Shown: positions 1 to 13,020, counted from the first letter of the stretch. The stretch: DNA of 64,000 nucleotides from Eledone cirrhosa (GCA_964016885.1 OZ024745.1:129766001-129830000); one strand, 5' to 3'. The notes: generated from the letters alone by a model not told the origin. Translations and numbers: made by a program.

Positions 1-187
1 TTCTAACCGCTGGGGCTGTGGGGTGGAGGAGGTATCGCGTATCATTCCATATGTAGTTGTGGTCGGTGTGTGTGTGTTTGTATATATTGCTTTTGTTTTC
101 ATTCAGCATCATATCATTCTTCATTGCTTTTCTCTAATATTATCTTCCATCATACCAACTCTGTCAGCATGTACATTCAATCACATA

Positions 188-330
188 TTGATTCCAAATG
201 TTGGCACGAGGCCAGCAAATTTGTGGAAGAGGCGAATGTGATTGACTTAAGTACTTAATTGTTACATTATTTTATCGACCTTCCGCCATCCCGAAGGATA
301 ACAAGTCACAATAAAGACCGCAATGGAAGT
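188..330 (-). mobile_element. Degenerate copy of the main tRNA-derived SINE
   Basis: ttggcacgaggccagcaa ... ttttatcgacc matches the reverse complement of the SINE 3' half. Confidence 0.6.
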
Positions 331-1450
331 ATAACCCCAGATCTATCAATTCTGCCAATCCACCTCTCTCTATTCAGTCTTTTATGTTAAAGAGCATGGA
401 GTGTAGACGCTTGCTACACCACAGTCAAGTGAGTCGTTTATCAGATAGAAACAGTGATAATAATTCGCAAAATTAAGTTTGAATGCAAAATTTATAATTT
501 CTTAATAATAAATACATGCTTCAAAATTCTATTTCCTGGTTTCAGAGGTCATGTGCGGGGCATCTCCTGGACAATATGAATGTATGACATTTACTTACAA
601 TATAAATAGTTTAATTTCAAGAGTGTTTGAGAGAACTGATATCCTGATTCAGGTTCTGCATTGGGTGGCTTTCTCAATAGAATTGCTGACTTCAATTGGT
701 TACATTAAACAATTAGACATTTACTAATATAATTCACTAATGGAATTCCGTTAGGCTGAGCTATACAGGAAATTATATGTTGGCCCATTTTCAGAAGCAC
801 TAGCAGTATTACTACTACTATTACCACTACATCTACAGATTGTTATTATCATCATCGTTATTAGTATTATTTGTGATGGTGCTGGTGGAGGAGCTAAGGA
901 TGCTGATTAGTGTATTGATTGCAAAAGGAAAGTTGAAATCTTGAAGTTATTTGTTATATTCTAGTTCATAATGTTACAGCAAACGTCAGCCCAGCTCTCT
1001 GTGTGTGGGGCAAATACTTTTTCCCTAATTTTTATTGAAAACATTCTGCACGTTATTATCGAAGATATTAGTAACGCTACTTTCTTTATATTACACATAT
1101 GTAAATTCTAGATTTGTTGCTACATTGACCGTGGCTTTTTGTGGGCTTTCTCCACCAGTAACAATCAGAGTTCTTCCCAAATTGGAGAATTTGGTATATT
1201 TGATTTTTTAAATGTTTATTTTTTAGTCTTTGATATAAATTTCATTTTACACAACATTCACACACTGTACCATCCTGAATCATCCCGTGCCGACTTTAAT
1301 GTTTTCTTAATGTGAGTCCTTTGTGGTTAATAAAGAATTTACAACATAAATCGCTCCACCTGTTTATATTTTAACATTGTTATGCAACACACAGTATTAA
1401 CATTTATGACTATTTTTACTCAATGTTTTCGCCCTAAAATACTAGATAAT

Positions 1451-2263
1451 GATAATTGTTTCTACTTTTTGGCACAAGGCCAGTAATAATCCAGTACATT
1501 ACTGGTACTTTATTTTATCGACCTCTGTATGGATGACAGGCAAAGTTAACCTCGGCAGGATTTGAACTCAGATCGTAAAGAGACGTAACTATGCTGGAAA
1601 GCCTGTCCGACCCTCTATGGTTCTAATTTAGGCACAGGGGGAACAATTTTCGATTAAATCTACCCCAGTACGTTACTGTTGCTTTATTTATTGACCAGGT
1701 AAGGATGAAAGGCAAAACTAACGTCGGAAGGATTTGAACTCAGAACGCAATGGCACATAACTCGGTTTCCAACGCTTTAATAATAATGGTTTCTTATATA
1801 GGCACAAGGCCAGCAACCTTGGGGGAGGTGAAAGTCGATTAAATCGATCCCCAGTACATTACTGGTACTTTATTTTATCGACCCCGTAAGGATGAAAGCA
1901 AAGTTAACTTCGGCGGGATTTGAACTCAGTCCATAAAGGGACGTAACTGTGCTGCAAAGCATGGCGTCCGACCCTTTACCGATACTGCCAATCCACCGCC
2001 CTGTGATAATAATAATGGTTTCTGATTTAGGTACAAGTCCAGCAATATTTTTTGGGGGGGAGGGGAAAGTCGATAAAATTGACATCAGTGCATTACTGGT
2101 ATATTTTATCGACCCTGTAAGGATGAAATGCAAAGCTAACCTTGGCAGGATCTGAATTTAGAAAATAAAGGAAGGTAACTATATATGTTAACCTCGGTGG
2201 GATTTGAACTCATAACCATATGCTGCAAAACATACTGCCTGGTGCTCTAGTGATACTGCCATT
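1451..2263 (-). mobile_element. Tandem array of about 4-5 partial or full SINE copies
   Basis: Repeated ggcacaaggccag...actggtactttattttatcgac...ggatgaaaggcaaagttaacctcggc...gatttgaactca; whole array flanked by aaatactagataat (1437-1450, 2264-2277). Confidence 0.9.
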
Positions 2264-3138
2264 AAATACTAGATAATAATAATAAAATAATAATATATTT
2301 TTTTAAATACGCAAAGAAAATTAAATCAAAGTGTATCTTATATACGGCTGAATAAAGTGGTAAAATAGCACACTATACACAGTATCCGACATGATGGAAC
2401 AGAGAGAGAGAGACGGTCAGGAAGCCAACAATTGTACAAGCACCTGCACCATTATCAGAAAGAGAAAATACAATTACATCGGCGCAGCCGAAGTGAAACT
2501 AAGATAACTCAAATAATCCGTCAGTTTATTAGCAACGAATATATTGATATATTTGGCTAATTCCTTTTCTCTCCGTGCATGAAAAAATATCCACAGTCAT
2601 AACTGAAAGGATATGAAATATGAAAGAGTAGAACATTTGGTATATCTTGCACAAAATCTATGTGATAATTTCTATTTAGAGGAAACACTGGAATCTGCCT
2701 GTTCAAACTTAAAAAAATTATCAAAGTAGAGCACACAAATATCATAATCAAATAATAGAAAGGAAAGTCTGTACGAACTGTGATTGATATGTTGAATCAC
2801 GCTATGAAAATGCCATTACATTGAAATATGCAATATATGCAAAATTAGTGTGAAGTCGTGACCAATATCATTAGTTGTCTGTTTAAGAAAACGAAAATAA
2901 AACAGATAGAATATACGCACCATAACAGTTGCGCAAAACTATAGAGAGCTAAAGGTTTATGCCTACATCGAAGGAATATTCAACGCAAGAACCGTCCAAT
3001 TCAATATCTCCATCCAAACATCCTTTTCTATATTATTCAAACTTTCACACCGATTAAGAGAAACAACAGCAATACGAAAAGGATCAACAACAAAGTCCAG
3101 TATTTCACTAACTTAGATGTAAGCCTTCTTAAGGAGTA

Positions 3139-3330
3139 TTGGTGAATTGGCAGTATCGGTAGAGAGTCGGACGCCATGCTCTCCAGCATAGTTACGTCCC
3201 TTTACGGTCTGAGTTCAAATCCGTCGAGGTTAACTTTGCCTTTCATCCTTACGGGTCGGTCGATAAAATAAAGTACCAGTAATGTACTGGGTAATTGCTG
3301 GCCTTGTGACAAAAGTAGAAACAATTATTA
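3139..3330 (+). mobile_element. tRNA-derived SINE (Pol III A/B boxes, Meta-like central domain, ATT tail)
   Basis: A box tggcagtatcgg, B box gagttcaaatcc, central gcctttcatccttacggg..tcgataaaataaagtaccag, 3' ctggccttgtg..aaaagtagaaacaattatta. Confidence 0.9.
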
Positions 3331-4100
3331 GCCCGTGCAATGTAAGATTCATTGACATTAAATATTAATTTTGTGACAAGGACAGTGATTTTAAAATAAG
3401 AGTATTGATTGAATCTTTCCCCTGTATATTAGTCATAATTTATTAGTAATCCATGTTTATATCGAAGAACGAAAAAAACCCTACCAATATGAAATTTGAA
3501 TTCAAAATGTAAACCAATTGTATAGAACTAGGAAGACTGAACATGGAAACTAGAACAAGAAATGGCAGCATTATTGCACTCACATGGAAATCACATTCTT
3601 GATATACAGCCGAAATGACAATAAAAATAATAGCGTTAATCTGGAACAGAATATCGACAATATCTGCATATCTAATCACGTGAGATACATTAAAACTGTT
3701 TTGGTCTAAATTGAAATATTAATAAGAAACAATAAAAATCAATAATACATTTTAAATTAATAAAATAGTTTGGAACTACAGTGGAAAGAATAAAGTGACG
3801 CATATACATAACAAAATATAAATTTATGAGAAAATAATGTATAAGTAACTTAAACTTGCATCTGTAAAGAAATCTATAATTAGATAATTAATAAACAGAC
3901 AAATACATAACATTATCATATTTTAATATTCATATTTAATATATAGCTTGATAAAAACTGTCTGTGTAAACATATAGAAATGAGTTTTGGTAACTTTTAT
4001 GGAAATGTTGTTTTATTGCAGCTTTAGATTTCTATTCTGAGTTTACATTTTTTAAGCGGGTAAATATAAATATATCGATCGATATATTGATTAGGCGATA

Positions 4101-4210
4101 CCCGCTGATGAAACCGCATAAGCCGATTGTGCATTGTTGCATAATATATGCTGACGGATAGTGTAGTGCACCTTACTGCTGCATTAGTGAGGCCGAAACT
4201 CGAGTCCGGG
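4101..4210 (+). ncRNA. Type I hammerhead ribozyme, PLE-like, long and degenerate helix II
   Basis: cccg-CTGATGA-(83 nt)-GAAA-ctcgag-TC-cggg; helix I cccg/cggg; palindromic helix III; base of helix II mismatched. Confidence 0.65.
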
Positions 4211-4573
4211 AACTATTATAGGCACCTGTTTTACGTGTGTTGTATTGAAGCAAATAACTATGTGTATACTCTGGGAATGTATCTTATATTGCCCATGGAG
4301 TACGGTGGGATACAATCGGTCCTGGCATTGATAAATAGGTTGGGTCCGTCAACTCCCAACTCCTTATTATATATATATATGTATATAGATAAATCTACCA
4401 AAAGTTTACGGTAGTGTCCAATCCGTATGAAGAACTCAATGTAATCCGGATATCATGAAAAGAGAAGATGCATTCAAAAACTACTTTCGGTGAAAAATAA
4501 ACGGAAAACAGAGTCAAGATAAATTAATAAAATAATGAATAAACAAAGAAACAGTTCCTTATATTAAAAAAAT

Positions 4574-4715
4574 TCATCATTTTACGATCGTTTCTAGGAT
4601 ATATATGTGTTAGAGTTGGTATGCATATTCTATAGATCTATGTACAATATTTATACAAACTATCAGAGGGAATATACATACCTACACATATATATGCTGT
4701 CTTCAGAAATAATGA
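4574..4715 (-). ncRNA. Type I hammerhead ribozyme in the inverted PLE terminal repeat
   Basis: Minus strand: tcattattt-CTGAAGA-cagcatatatatgtgt...acacatatatatccta-GAAA-cgatcg-TA-aaatgatga. Confidence 0.8.
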
Positions 4716-4729
4716 TATTTGTTTATTGA

Positions 4730-5356
4730 AAACAATTCTTTAATATCCTAGAGAAAAACTTCCCGCCAAACCACAAATACCATCAAATCTTAAATAGATC
4801 AACGGTTAAATTCTCCTACTCAACAACCAAAAACATAAAACAAAATATAAGTGCCTATAATGCATATAAATGTAAAAAAAACCATGAGTATACCACCAGT
4901 ACATCAAACTAACCATAATATCTCCTCAGATACAGGATTCACGAAAAGTTGTAACTGTAGAAACAAGGCAAACTGTCCATTAAAAGGAAATTGACTTGTT
5001 AATAACATAGTATATAAATGTAAAGTTAACACTAAGGACTCAATTTATTCATATATAGGAGCTACCTCTAACAAATTTAAGGTAAGATTTAATACCCACA
5101 AACATAGTTTTAAAAATGCCGCACTAGCTAATACAACATCTCTAGCTGAAATAATAAATAGTTATAGAAAGAGGAATATAGAATATGACCTGACCTGGAG
5201 TGTGCTCAAAAGGGCCACTCCTTATCAAAATAGTAGAAATGAATGTAGATTATGTTCCCAAGAACTTTTTGAAATAATGAAATCTAAGGATATCCTATTA
5301 AATAAGCGACAGGAATTAATAATATCGTGTAATCATAAACTGAGAAAAAACCTTTA
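4730..5356 (+). pseudogene. PLE RT-thumb/linker plus GIY-YIG endonuclease fragment (not in ORF track)
   Basis: Manual translation: KQFFNILEKNFPPNHKYHQILNRSTVKFSYSTTKN, frameshift near the A-run at ~4875, then SCNCRNKANCPLKGN(TGA)LVNNIVYKCKV...YIGATSNKFKVRFNTHKHSF...WSVLKRATPYQNSRNECRLCSQE...LLNKRQELIISCNH. Confidence 0.88.
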
Positions 5357-5575
5357 AATATTATAAACCTAATTAATATACACTTTAGAAATTAATTTAT
5401 AAATTATTTTTAATTTAGTTAGCCTATAATTAATATTCTACTACTGATGAACTACATAATTCTGCTTTAAAAATTATAAACCTAATTAATATACACTTTT
5501 GAAATTAATATATAAATTATTTTTAATTTAGTTAACCTATAATTAATATTCTACTACTGATGAACTACATAATTT
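5352..5575 (+). repeat. ~113-bp tandem duplication in the PLE 3' region
   Basis: Two copies of ttataaacctaattaatatacactt...ctactactgatgaactacataatt. Confidence 0.85.
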
Positions 5576-5790
5576 TTCTTTCCTTCTTACAAATATCATT
5601 TCCTAAAACTGATACCATTAAGTAAACATATATAATGCTTTAACTTCAGGTTATGACTCTATGTTCCTTGAAAACTATATATATTTACTATTTCTCACTA
5701 ATAAATTTAATCCCCCCCAATAGTTATATGTATATATAAGTGTATATGTGTGTGTGTATGTGTATGTATGTATATATGCATGTATATATC

Positions 5791-5835
<45 letters not shown>

Positions 5836-5882
5836 ATATATATGTATATGTATATGTATATATGTGTGTATGTGTGTGTGTG

Positions 5883-5915
<33 letters not shown>

Positions 5916-6648
5916 ATAAGTGTATATATATGTATATATATATATATGTGTGTGTATGTGTATATATATGTATATATATATATATGTATAAGTATATATA
6001 TATATATATATATTATTTTTATATTCTTTTAATTTCCCCTCATCTTTAACAGCACTTTTCAACTGCATCTAACTCTTATTTATCATATCTATATGTATTA
6101 GTATAATTTTATCTATATAAATATACCCATCAATTAAATTAATTTATATTCTTTTCATAGATGTATTTTTTTCACTAACATTCTTATCTTAAAACTTTAG
6201 TCACCTTAGATATTTGTATTGGCATTACTATTTTATAACAGCAACTGCTTGTATACCTTTTACTGACCACCTGACCTATTTTCACCTGTAAAATAAGCTT
6301 CAATTACTACTATTTTACCATTTAGCCAATTATTAACTTTCTATTGGTTAATTCTAAACCTCTTAACAAACAGACAGAATATATTAGATCTTTGTTGGTT
6401 TTATTCAATGAAAAAATAAAATTATTTCTGAGGTCAGCATAAGACCTATTTCTTCCCTAAAATAATCCTTCATTCATAATATTCTTTTCCATCCCAAACT
6501 GAAATCTACCTTCCTCTACCCATAATTTAAGGTTCTTCTACTACTATATTACTATCCTGACCCTCACTATCCCTCTATTGGTCAATTCAAAACCTGTTCC
6601 CAAACAGACCTATTGTATTGAATCTTTGTTTTTTTCAATAAACAAATA

Positions 6649-6790
6649 TCATTATGTCTGAAGACAGCATATATATGTGTAGGTATGTATATTCCCTCTG
6701 ATAGTTTGTATAAATATTGTACATAGATCTATAGAATATGCATACCAACTCTAACACATATATATCCTAGAAACGATCGTAAAATGATGA
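6649..6790 (+). ncRNA. Type I hammerhead ribozyme in the 3' PLE terminal repeat
   Basis: tcattatgt-CTGAAGA(6658)-long helix II-GAAA(6770)-cgatcg-TA-aaatgatga. Confidence 0.78.
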
Positions 6791-6843
6791 ATTTTTTAAT
6801 ATAAGGAACTGTTTCTTTGTTTATTCACTATTTTATTAATTTA

Positions 6844-6904
<61 letters not shown>

Positions 6905-7312
6905 GTATATATATATACATATATATTTATATATATATATATAAATATAAATATATTTATTACATAATATATGTTATTTCCTATTAGTATTCTTGTTTTA
7001 ATATAACCAACATATTACTGCTTAACCTGTAGCACTATAATATTTAACCTGAATCTAGATTCATTCTACAAACAATTTAATGTCAACCATCTTGCAGCGG
7101 TTAAGCCTGCTGACGATACTTAAGCTGCATTGCCGAAACCAAAAATGCGGGGCCTGATGAGGTGGTCTCATGCAACCGTTGGTTGTCCTTTCTAAAACCC
7201 TAGTTCACCAGATTCATCAGTTCAAATTTCACTATTTGAGTTTCATATATAACACCAAGTGCTATTTTAGATACAAACCCATTTGGTAATACACGAATAT
7301 GTCCAACTGTTA

Positions 7313-7434
<122 letters not shown>

Positions 7435-7849
7435 GTGTGTGCGTGTGTGTGGCGCGACGTATATGGGCACCGATAATTAATTTGACTTGGATACTGGAAT
7501 ATTTCCTGAGTTCTACTTCAATCACTATCAAGATTACCGGAAGTTGTCAGTGTTTTTTCTATTGCATAACAAGCTCACAACTGTCACAATTTCTTTGGCT
7601 TTCCTGTCTGATTAATTCTACTTCTCTCCTAGCCATCTTCCATTATCTATTTTCTACATTCCTATGAAAGACAAACATTGGAAATATTAATCTTTTCCAT
7701 TCTATAAATGGGTAAAATACTATACCATCATTGTCTATATTGTCGTTCTTTTCCATTTTTCATTTGTTGACACTCCTTATGAAATAAAATATTATATTTT
7801 GTAGGATGTGTGTGCGCATATGTGCATCCGTGTGTGGGTATTATATATA

Positions 7850-7925
<76 letters not shown>

Positions 7926-8410
7926 GTCTTGAAACTACAGCTTGCATAAACCTTCTAATAGCTCGTTTAGAAGTTCCATCTCATTTATAGATAAAATGGA
8001 AATCGATTCTATGGCTAAGTGGAAATGTTGATATGGAGGTTTCTATCATTTCTAGAAATGTAACAATAACTCAGAAAATCTGTGAACCACCTCCAAGGTA
8101 ACCAATTCAAATATATTTAATACTTCATAAGAATACGGTCTTCTTACATAAAAAATACGTATGATCTGATGAGGAGCACCACAGTCAATGGTTTCTCATC
8201 AAAAACATCCATATGTTGAGCTAATATTTTATGAGTGGATATTTTAACCCGTGAAGACAAAATTGAAATTGAGGAATTCTAGATTGCGACTGCAGGTTGA
8301 GTAATATATATATATATATGGTGAACTAACTGTTGTGTAACCACTTCTACCTAAGTCGTCCCATGGACTGAGTGCTCTACCACTACGGATATTACCTTCC
8401 AGTGTTCTAC

Positions 8411-8506
<96 letters not shown>

Positions 8507-8514
8507 ATATATAT

Positions 8515-8560
8515 ATACTCTTTTACTCTTTTACCTGTTTCAGCCATCCGGCTGAGGCCA
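8515..8560 (-). mobile_element. 3' tail fragment of a retroelement within (TA)n
   Basis: Reverse complement of tggcctcagccggatggctgaaacaggtaaaagagtaaaagagta, also at 59446-59503. Confidence 0.6.
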
Positions 8561-8569
8561 TATATATAT

Positions 8570-8935
8570 GTATCAGAATCGAGGCAGTAAAATCCAGGGA
8601 GACCATTACTCACCAGAGTACTCAATACTTGGGGAAGAGAAGTGGGTAATTTAGGACCCGACGTCTGAGTTCCGGCGTTTCAATAGCTAGATACAAGTTC
8701 CTATCTAGCTGTTGAAAGGGCCAGTGTTGGTCTTGAATGTTATCATATATATATAAACCGGGATAGAACCAGTCTAAAATTAGTTAAACCATTACTCAAC
8801 AGAATACTCGGTACTTGAGATAGTAGAGTATGGATATATTATAAAGGGTCGGGGCCCGAAGGTTGAGCTCTTGCAGTGTGGAACAAGCTGTTAACACGGC
8901 AACAGCTTAGCCTTCGGGTCCCGACATATTGTTAT
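8570..8935. mobile_element. Two old fold-back elements related to family D
   Basis: Leader tactc(a/g)(a/g)tacttg...agag resembles 12025-12056; hairpins tttcaatagctagata/tatctagctgttgaaa and gtcggggcccgaagg/ccttcgggtcccgac. Confidence 0.55.
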
Positions 8936-8945
8936 ATACACATAT

Positions 8946-9076
8946 ACGTCAATAGTCATCATTTTTCCATTTCTCTGAAGGTTCTAAACCCCACTATCAG
9001 GCTAAAAATTTCGTTAGTCAAAAATACGGTGAAAGCTATATTTCTAATTTCAAACTCGCTCACTGTTTCAAAACAT

Positions 9077-9081
<5 letters not shown>
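8946..9081 (+). mobile_element. Family C element, single arm plus extension
   Basis: Homologous to 50725-50863 (gtcaata...ttctaaaccccactatcaggctaa...ctcactgtttcaaa), ends in (TA)n. Confidence 0.75.
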
Positions 9082-9157
<76 letters not shown>

Positions 9158-9418
9158 ATATATATACTTTAGGTTTGTTGGTTCACAACTGGATAGAATT
9201 GGTCATTCCGTATGGCCAATAAGACTCTCTGTAAGTTCATTATATAAATCTCGCCACCTTAACCTTTAATTTTCCTATAATTTATTTTTCAATTTATCAT
9301 TTTGCAATCTAATATTTTCTTATTTAATTTCATCTTATAACTCGTAACATGAGATTAACGTTCCAATTTTCTGTTCACACATTAGACCATACACACACCC
9401 ATTATATATGCTTCCGTT

Positions 9419-9582
9419 GAGAGTCGGACGCCATGCTTTCCAGCATAGTTACGTCCCTTTACGGTCTGTGTTCAAATCCCGCCGAGGTTAACTTTGCCTT
9501 TCATCCTTACGGGGTCGATAAAATAAAGTACCAGTAATGTACTGGGTTATTGCTGGCCTTGTGCCAAAAAGTAGAAACAATT
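9419..9582 (+). mobile_element. 5'-truncated SINE with ~18-bp TSD
   Basis: Flanks attatatatgcttccgtt (9401) and attatatatgccttcgtt (9580). Confidence 0.9.
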
Positions 9583-10008
9583 ATATATGCCTTCGTTAAA
9601 TATAGATTCTTTGGATTAGCATTTTTCGCGGGGTTTTCTAGCATGACCGTTGTGTGACCCATACGCTCACTTCTTTCTTTCTATCTCTTTTCTTCCTTTC
9701 TCTCTTTTCCCCCTTTCCTTGACGGGGAGGTGGTAGTACATTATAAGCCTTCGTCCCCTCACCAGATGGTCATTAGTGGTTCGAGTTGCCATCACTTTGA
9801 GGGCGACTGGCCGAGATGAAAGCAGCTAGTTGGTCAGTCGCCTTCTTTGTCTCTGTCTCTGACATTTCGGACCCAGGGTTTTTTACATATTCCTTTGTTA
9901 TATTCCAATACCTGATGATATCACCGGATTCATATGGAACCCGGTCATTGAAATGATCATAGTATAATAAACCTTTCAAGGATCTACACCAGTCCAGCCT
10001 CCTGTTAT

Positions 10009-10039
<31 letters not shown>

Positions 10040-10054
<15 letters not shown>

Positions 10055-10468
10055 CATAAATTTTGAGTATATGTTGGTTGTATACCAACACCTCAGTATG
10101 CAGATTGGAGCACTCGGCGAAGTGCGCAGGTTGGTTTGGTTACTCCGGAGTAATGTAAAATAAAATAAAATAAATAAGTCAAATGTTTAAAATGTGGCTT
10201 CGTTTATTACTTTTTGACACTGAAATTCGTTTGTTTGAATTCATATGATTCCAGTTCCTCAGTGAAATAACAACCCAACCAGGAACTGGGCATATCGGAG
10301 TATTGACAATATTATACACCTCAACAACATGTGTACTCGTCTCTACCACACTAAATTCGACTGCCTGAAGAGGTCACAGCCAAAGATGACTGTCACCTAA
10401 ATATATATAGCAGTAATAAACGAAGCCAAATTTTAAACATTTGATTTATTTATTTTATTTTATTTTAT
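10040..10468 (+). mobile_element. Family E PLE-like element with inverted 5' copy and HHR
   Basis: Inverted arms ~10157-10211 / 10412-10466; HHR 10360-10414; AATAAA at 10415; homolog at 62233-62658. Confidence 0.8.
10360..10414 (+). ncRNA. Type I hammerhead ribozyme with G12>T core mutation (probably inactive)
   Basis: actgc-CTGAAGA-ggtcacag/ctgtcacc-TAAA-tatata-TA-gcagt. Confidence 0.7.
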
Positions 10469-10641
10469 TTTATATATATACATATATATATACATATATA
10501 TACACACACACAAACATATATATATATATACACACGCACATATATATATACACACACACATATATATATACACAAATAGATATATACACATACACACAAA
10601 CACGCATACACACACACATACACATATATACACACACACAA

Positions 10642-10700
<59 letters not shown>

Positions 10701-10830
10701 TATATACATATATATACATAGATGTATACATTTATATATATGTATACATATATATATATATACATATAAATAGATAGTTATATATATAGATAGATATATA
10801 TACATATATATATATACATATATATATATG

Positions 10831-10929
<99 letters not shown>

Positions 10930-11039
10930 TTATATATACATATACATATATATAAATATATATATTGACATACATATATGGTGGCTGCCAACACGTTTTC
11001 GAGTACGGCCACTACATTATATTCATGTAGGAGAACCCC

Positions 11040-11943
11040 CTACCGACGCGCTGAACGAGTGTGACTTTTTAGTCCAGCCAGCGACTTGAAAACTCAGGTA
11101 CAAACACTACACTTGTGACAATTATTGACACATAGTGATGGGACATGGTACCATGTGATGACAAATGCAGAATGATCTCCACGCTTGCATGCACTCCTGG
11201 AAGGATTCTCCGGGATCCTCCGCATTTCCGTCGTCACAGCCTTTTTGATGTCGTCCACCTCTTCAAAACGTGTCCTCTCCGGGTCGTACTCGAAGATCCA
11301 TGACTCATCACCGGCGAAGACTGTCCCTAGCAAGTCTGGTTCAATTTTAAGACGCTCGAGGATGTCCTGGCACACTTGCATGCGTCGACCCTTCTGGTCA
11401 TCGTTCAGCAGTTTTGGCACCATCTTCGCGCAGACTTTCCGCATGTCCAAATCTTCAGTGAGAATCTTCCAGACGCTGTCCCGATTCATGCTCAGCTCAT
11501 TTGCCATCAGTCGAACAGTCAGCCGACGATCGCTACGCACCATCTGCCTGACGCGCTCAACGTTGACCTCAGTCCTTGTTGTTGAGGGCCTTCCGCTCCT
11601 GGGGTCATCTTCCACGTCCTCGCGTCCTTTTTCAAACATCTTACACCACTCAAAAATACGTGAGCGTGACATTGTCTCATCTCCATACACTTTCTGCACA
11701 ATCCCAGTGCTTTTGACGGAGTTTTCAAGTTTCTTCGTTGCTCTGTGCCCATTGCTTGACGACCTCAAAACAGTGGACATGTATATAAAATTATGAAGAA
11801 AAAAGTTTGATCGCTGCAGAGAGCTAAGATTACAGTTACATACTCCAGGGGTGTTACTTTGAAGGAGGAAACCCTTAGTGTGAGGTTTCGGTTTGAAATA
11901 CATCTTTTGTGACATCAGTCCTGGAACTTTTCTGACACACCTC

Positions 11944-11948
<5 letters not shown>
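11040..11948 (-). mobile_element. Mariner DNA transposon, internally deleted and rearranged
   Basis: Terminal repeat tacacgaggtgtgtcagaaaagttccaggact at the right end next to TA; transposase motifs on minus strand; left boundary uncertain. Confidence 0.88.
11180..11752 (-). pseudogene. Mariner transposase pseudogene lacking most of the catalytic core
   Basis: MGTEQRRNLK...VYGDETMSRSRIFEWCKMF..GREDVEDDPRSGRPST...KVCAKMVPKLL...AGDESWIFEYDPE joined directly to RTRFEEVDDIKKAV. Confidence 0.92.
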
Positions 11949-12372
<424 letters not shown>

Positions 12373-12927
12373 AGAGATGGAAATTTGTGTATGAAAACAG
12401 ATTTATGCATATTATGCGGCATATTATATGCATACATCAAAACCAACAATCAGAAATATACATGTACACATATTTATGGGCTCGTGTTTGTGCATGTGTA
12501 AACGTATGCGTTGAAAATAAGGTATATTTAGATGTATATTTGCATGTATGTTAAAGTGAGTATACATCTAAGTAATTCGGAAAATGGTGATTTTTTGTCT
12601 TTCTTATAGCATTCATTTAATGATAACTTGAGGCAAATGATATATCATTATAAAAGTACGTTATATTTGCTATCTACATTGTTGTTGTTGCTGTGCTTGA
12701 GCTTGCTGCTACTACTCGGTAGTTTTCTTATTGTTAGTGTGGGTATAAAAATCTCTACACACACAGAGCACATGAATTAATTTCACCATTGTTGCAACGC
12801 TGCAACAAAGAACATAACTCGTTAGATCTATATTTACACAAACTAAGGTACTGGCAATATACAGTTAACCAATTTTAAGAATCTATTTATGCATACACAT
12901 GTACATAGCAGAACACAGGATATACGT

Positions 12928-13020
<93 letters not shown>

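Larger units (their letters stand above)
4388..6844 (+). mobile_element. 5'-truncated Naiad-type Penelope-like element with inverted terminal repeat, bounded by (TA)n
   Basis: GIY-YIG coding remnant 4730-5356; ~213-bp inverted repeat 4519-4732 / 6632-6844 containing an HHR; TA tracts at both ends. Confidence 0.85.

Noticed and set aside
3139-3235. tRNA genes at SINE heads
   Set aside because: A/B boxes are present but there is no full cloverleaf, and they continue into SINE body
5445-5570. CTGATGA motifs (also at ~8166, ~14203 and ~28454) as hammerheads
   Set aside because: No correctly placed GAAA, helix III and helix I; 28454 is at most a 5' half
5608-5650. SECIS candidate downstream of the Naiad ORF
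   Set aside because: Short stem and AAA are present, but the 5' RUGA and 3' GA quartet are absent
7105-7175. CTGACGA...GAAA-cca..tgg-TC hammerhead candidate
   Set aside because: Helices I and II pair poorly; possibly a decayed relic but not supportable
9773-9979. 68-aa protein-like ORF
   Set aside because: No recognisable motif; lies in a TA-flanked repeat-like block
11185-11796. 203-aa plus-strand ORF
   Set aside because: Antisense shadow of the mariner transposase
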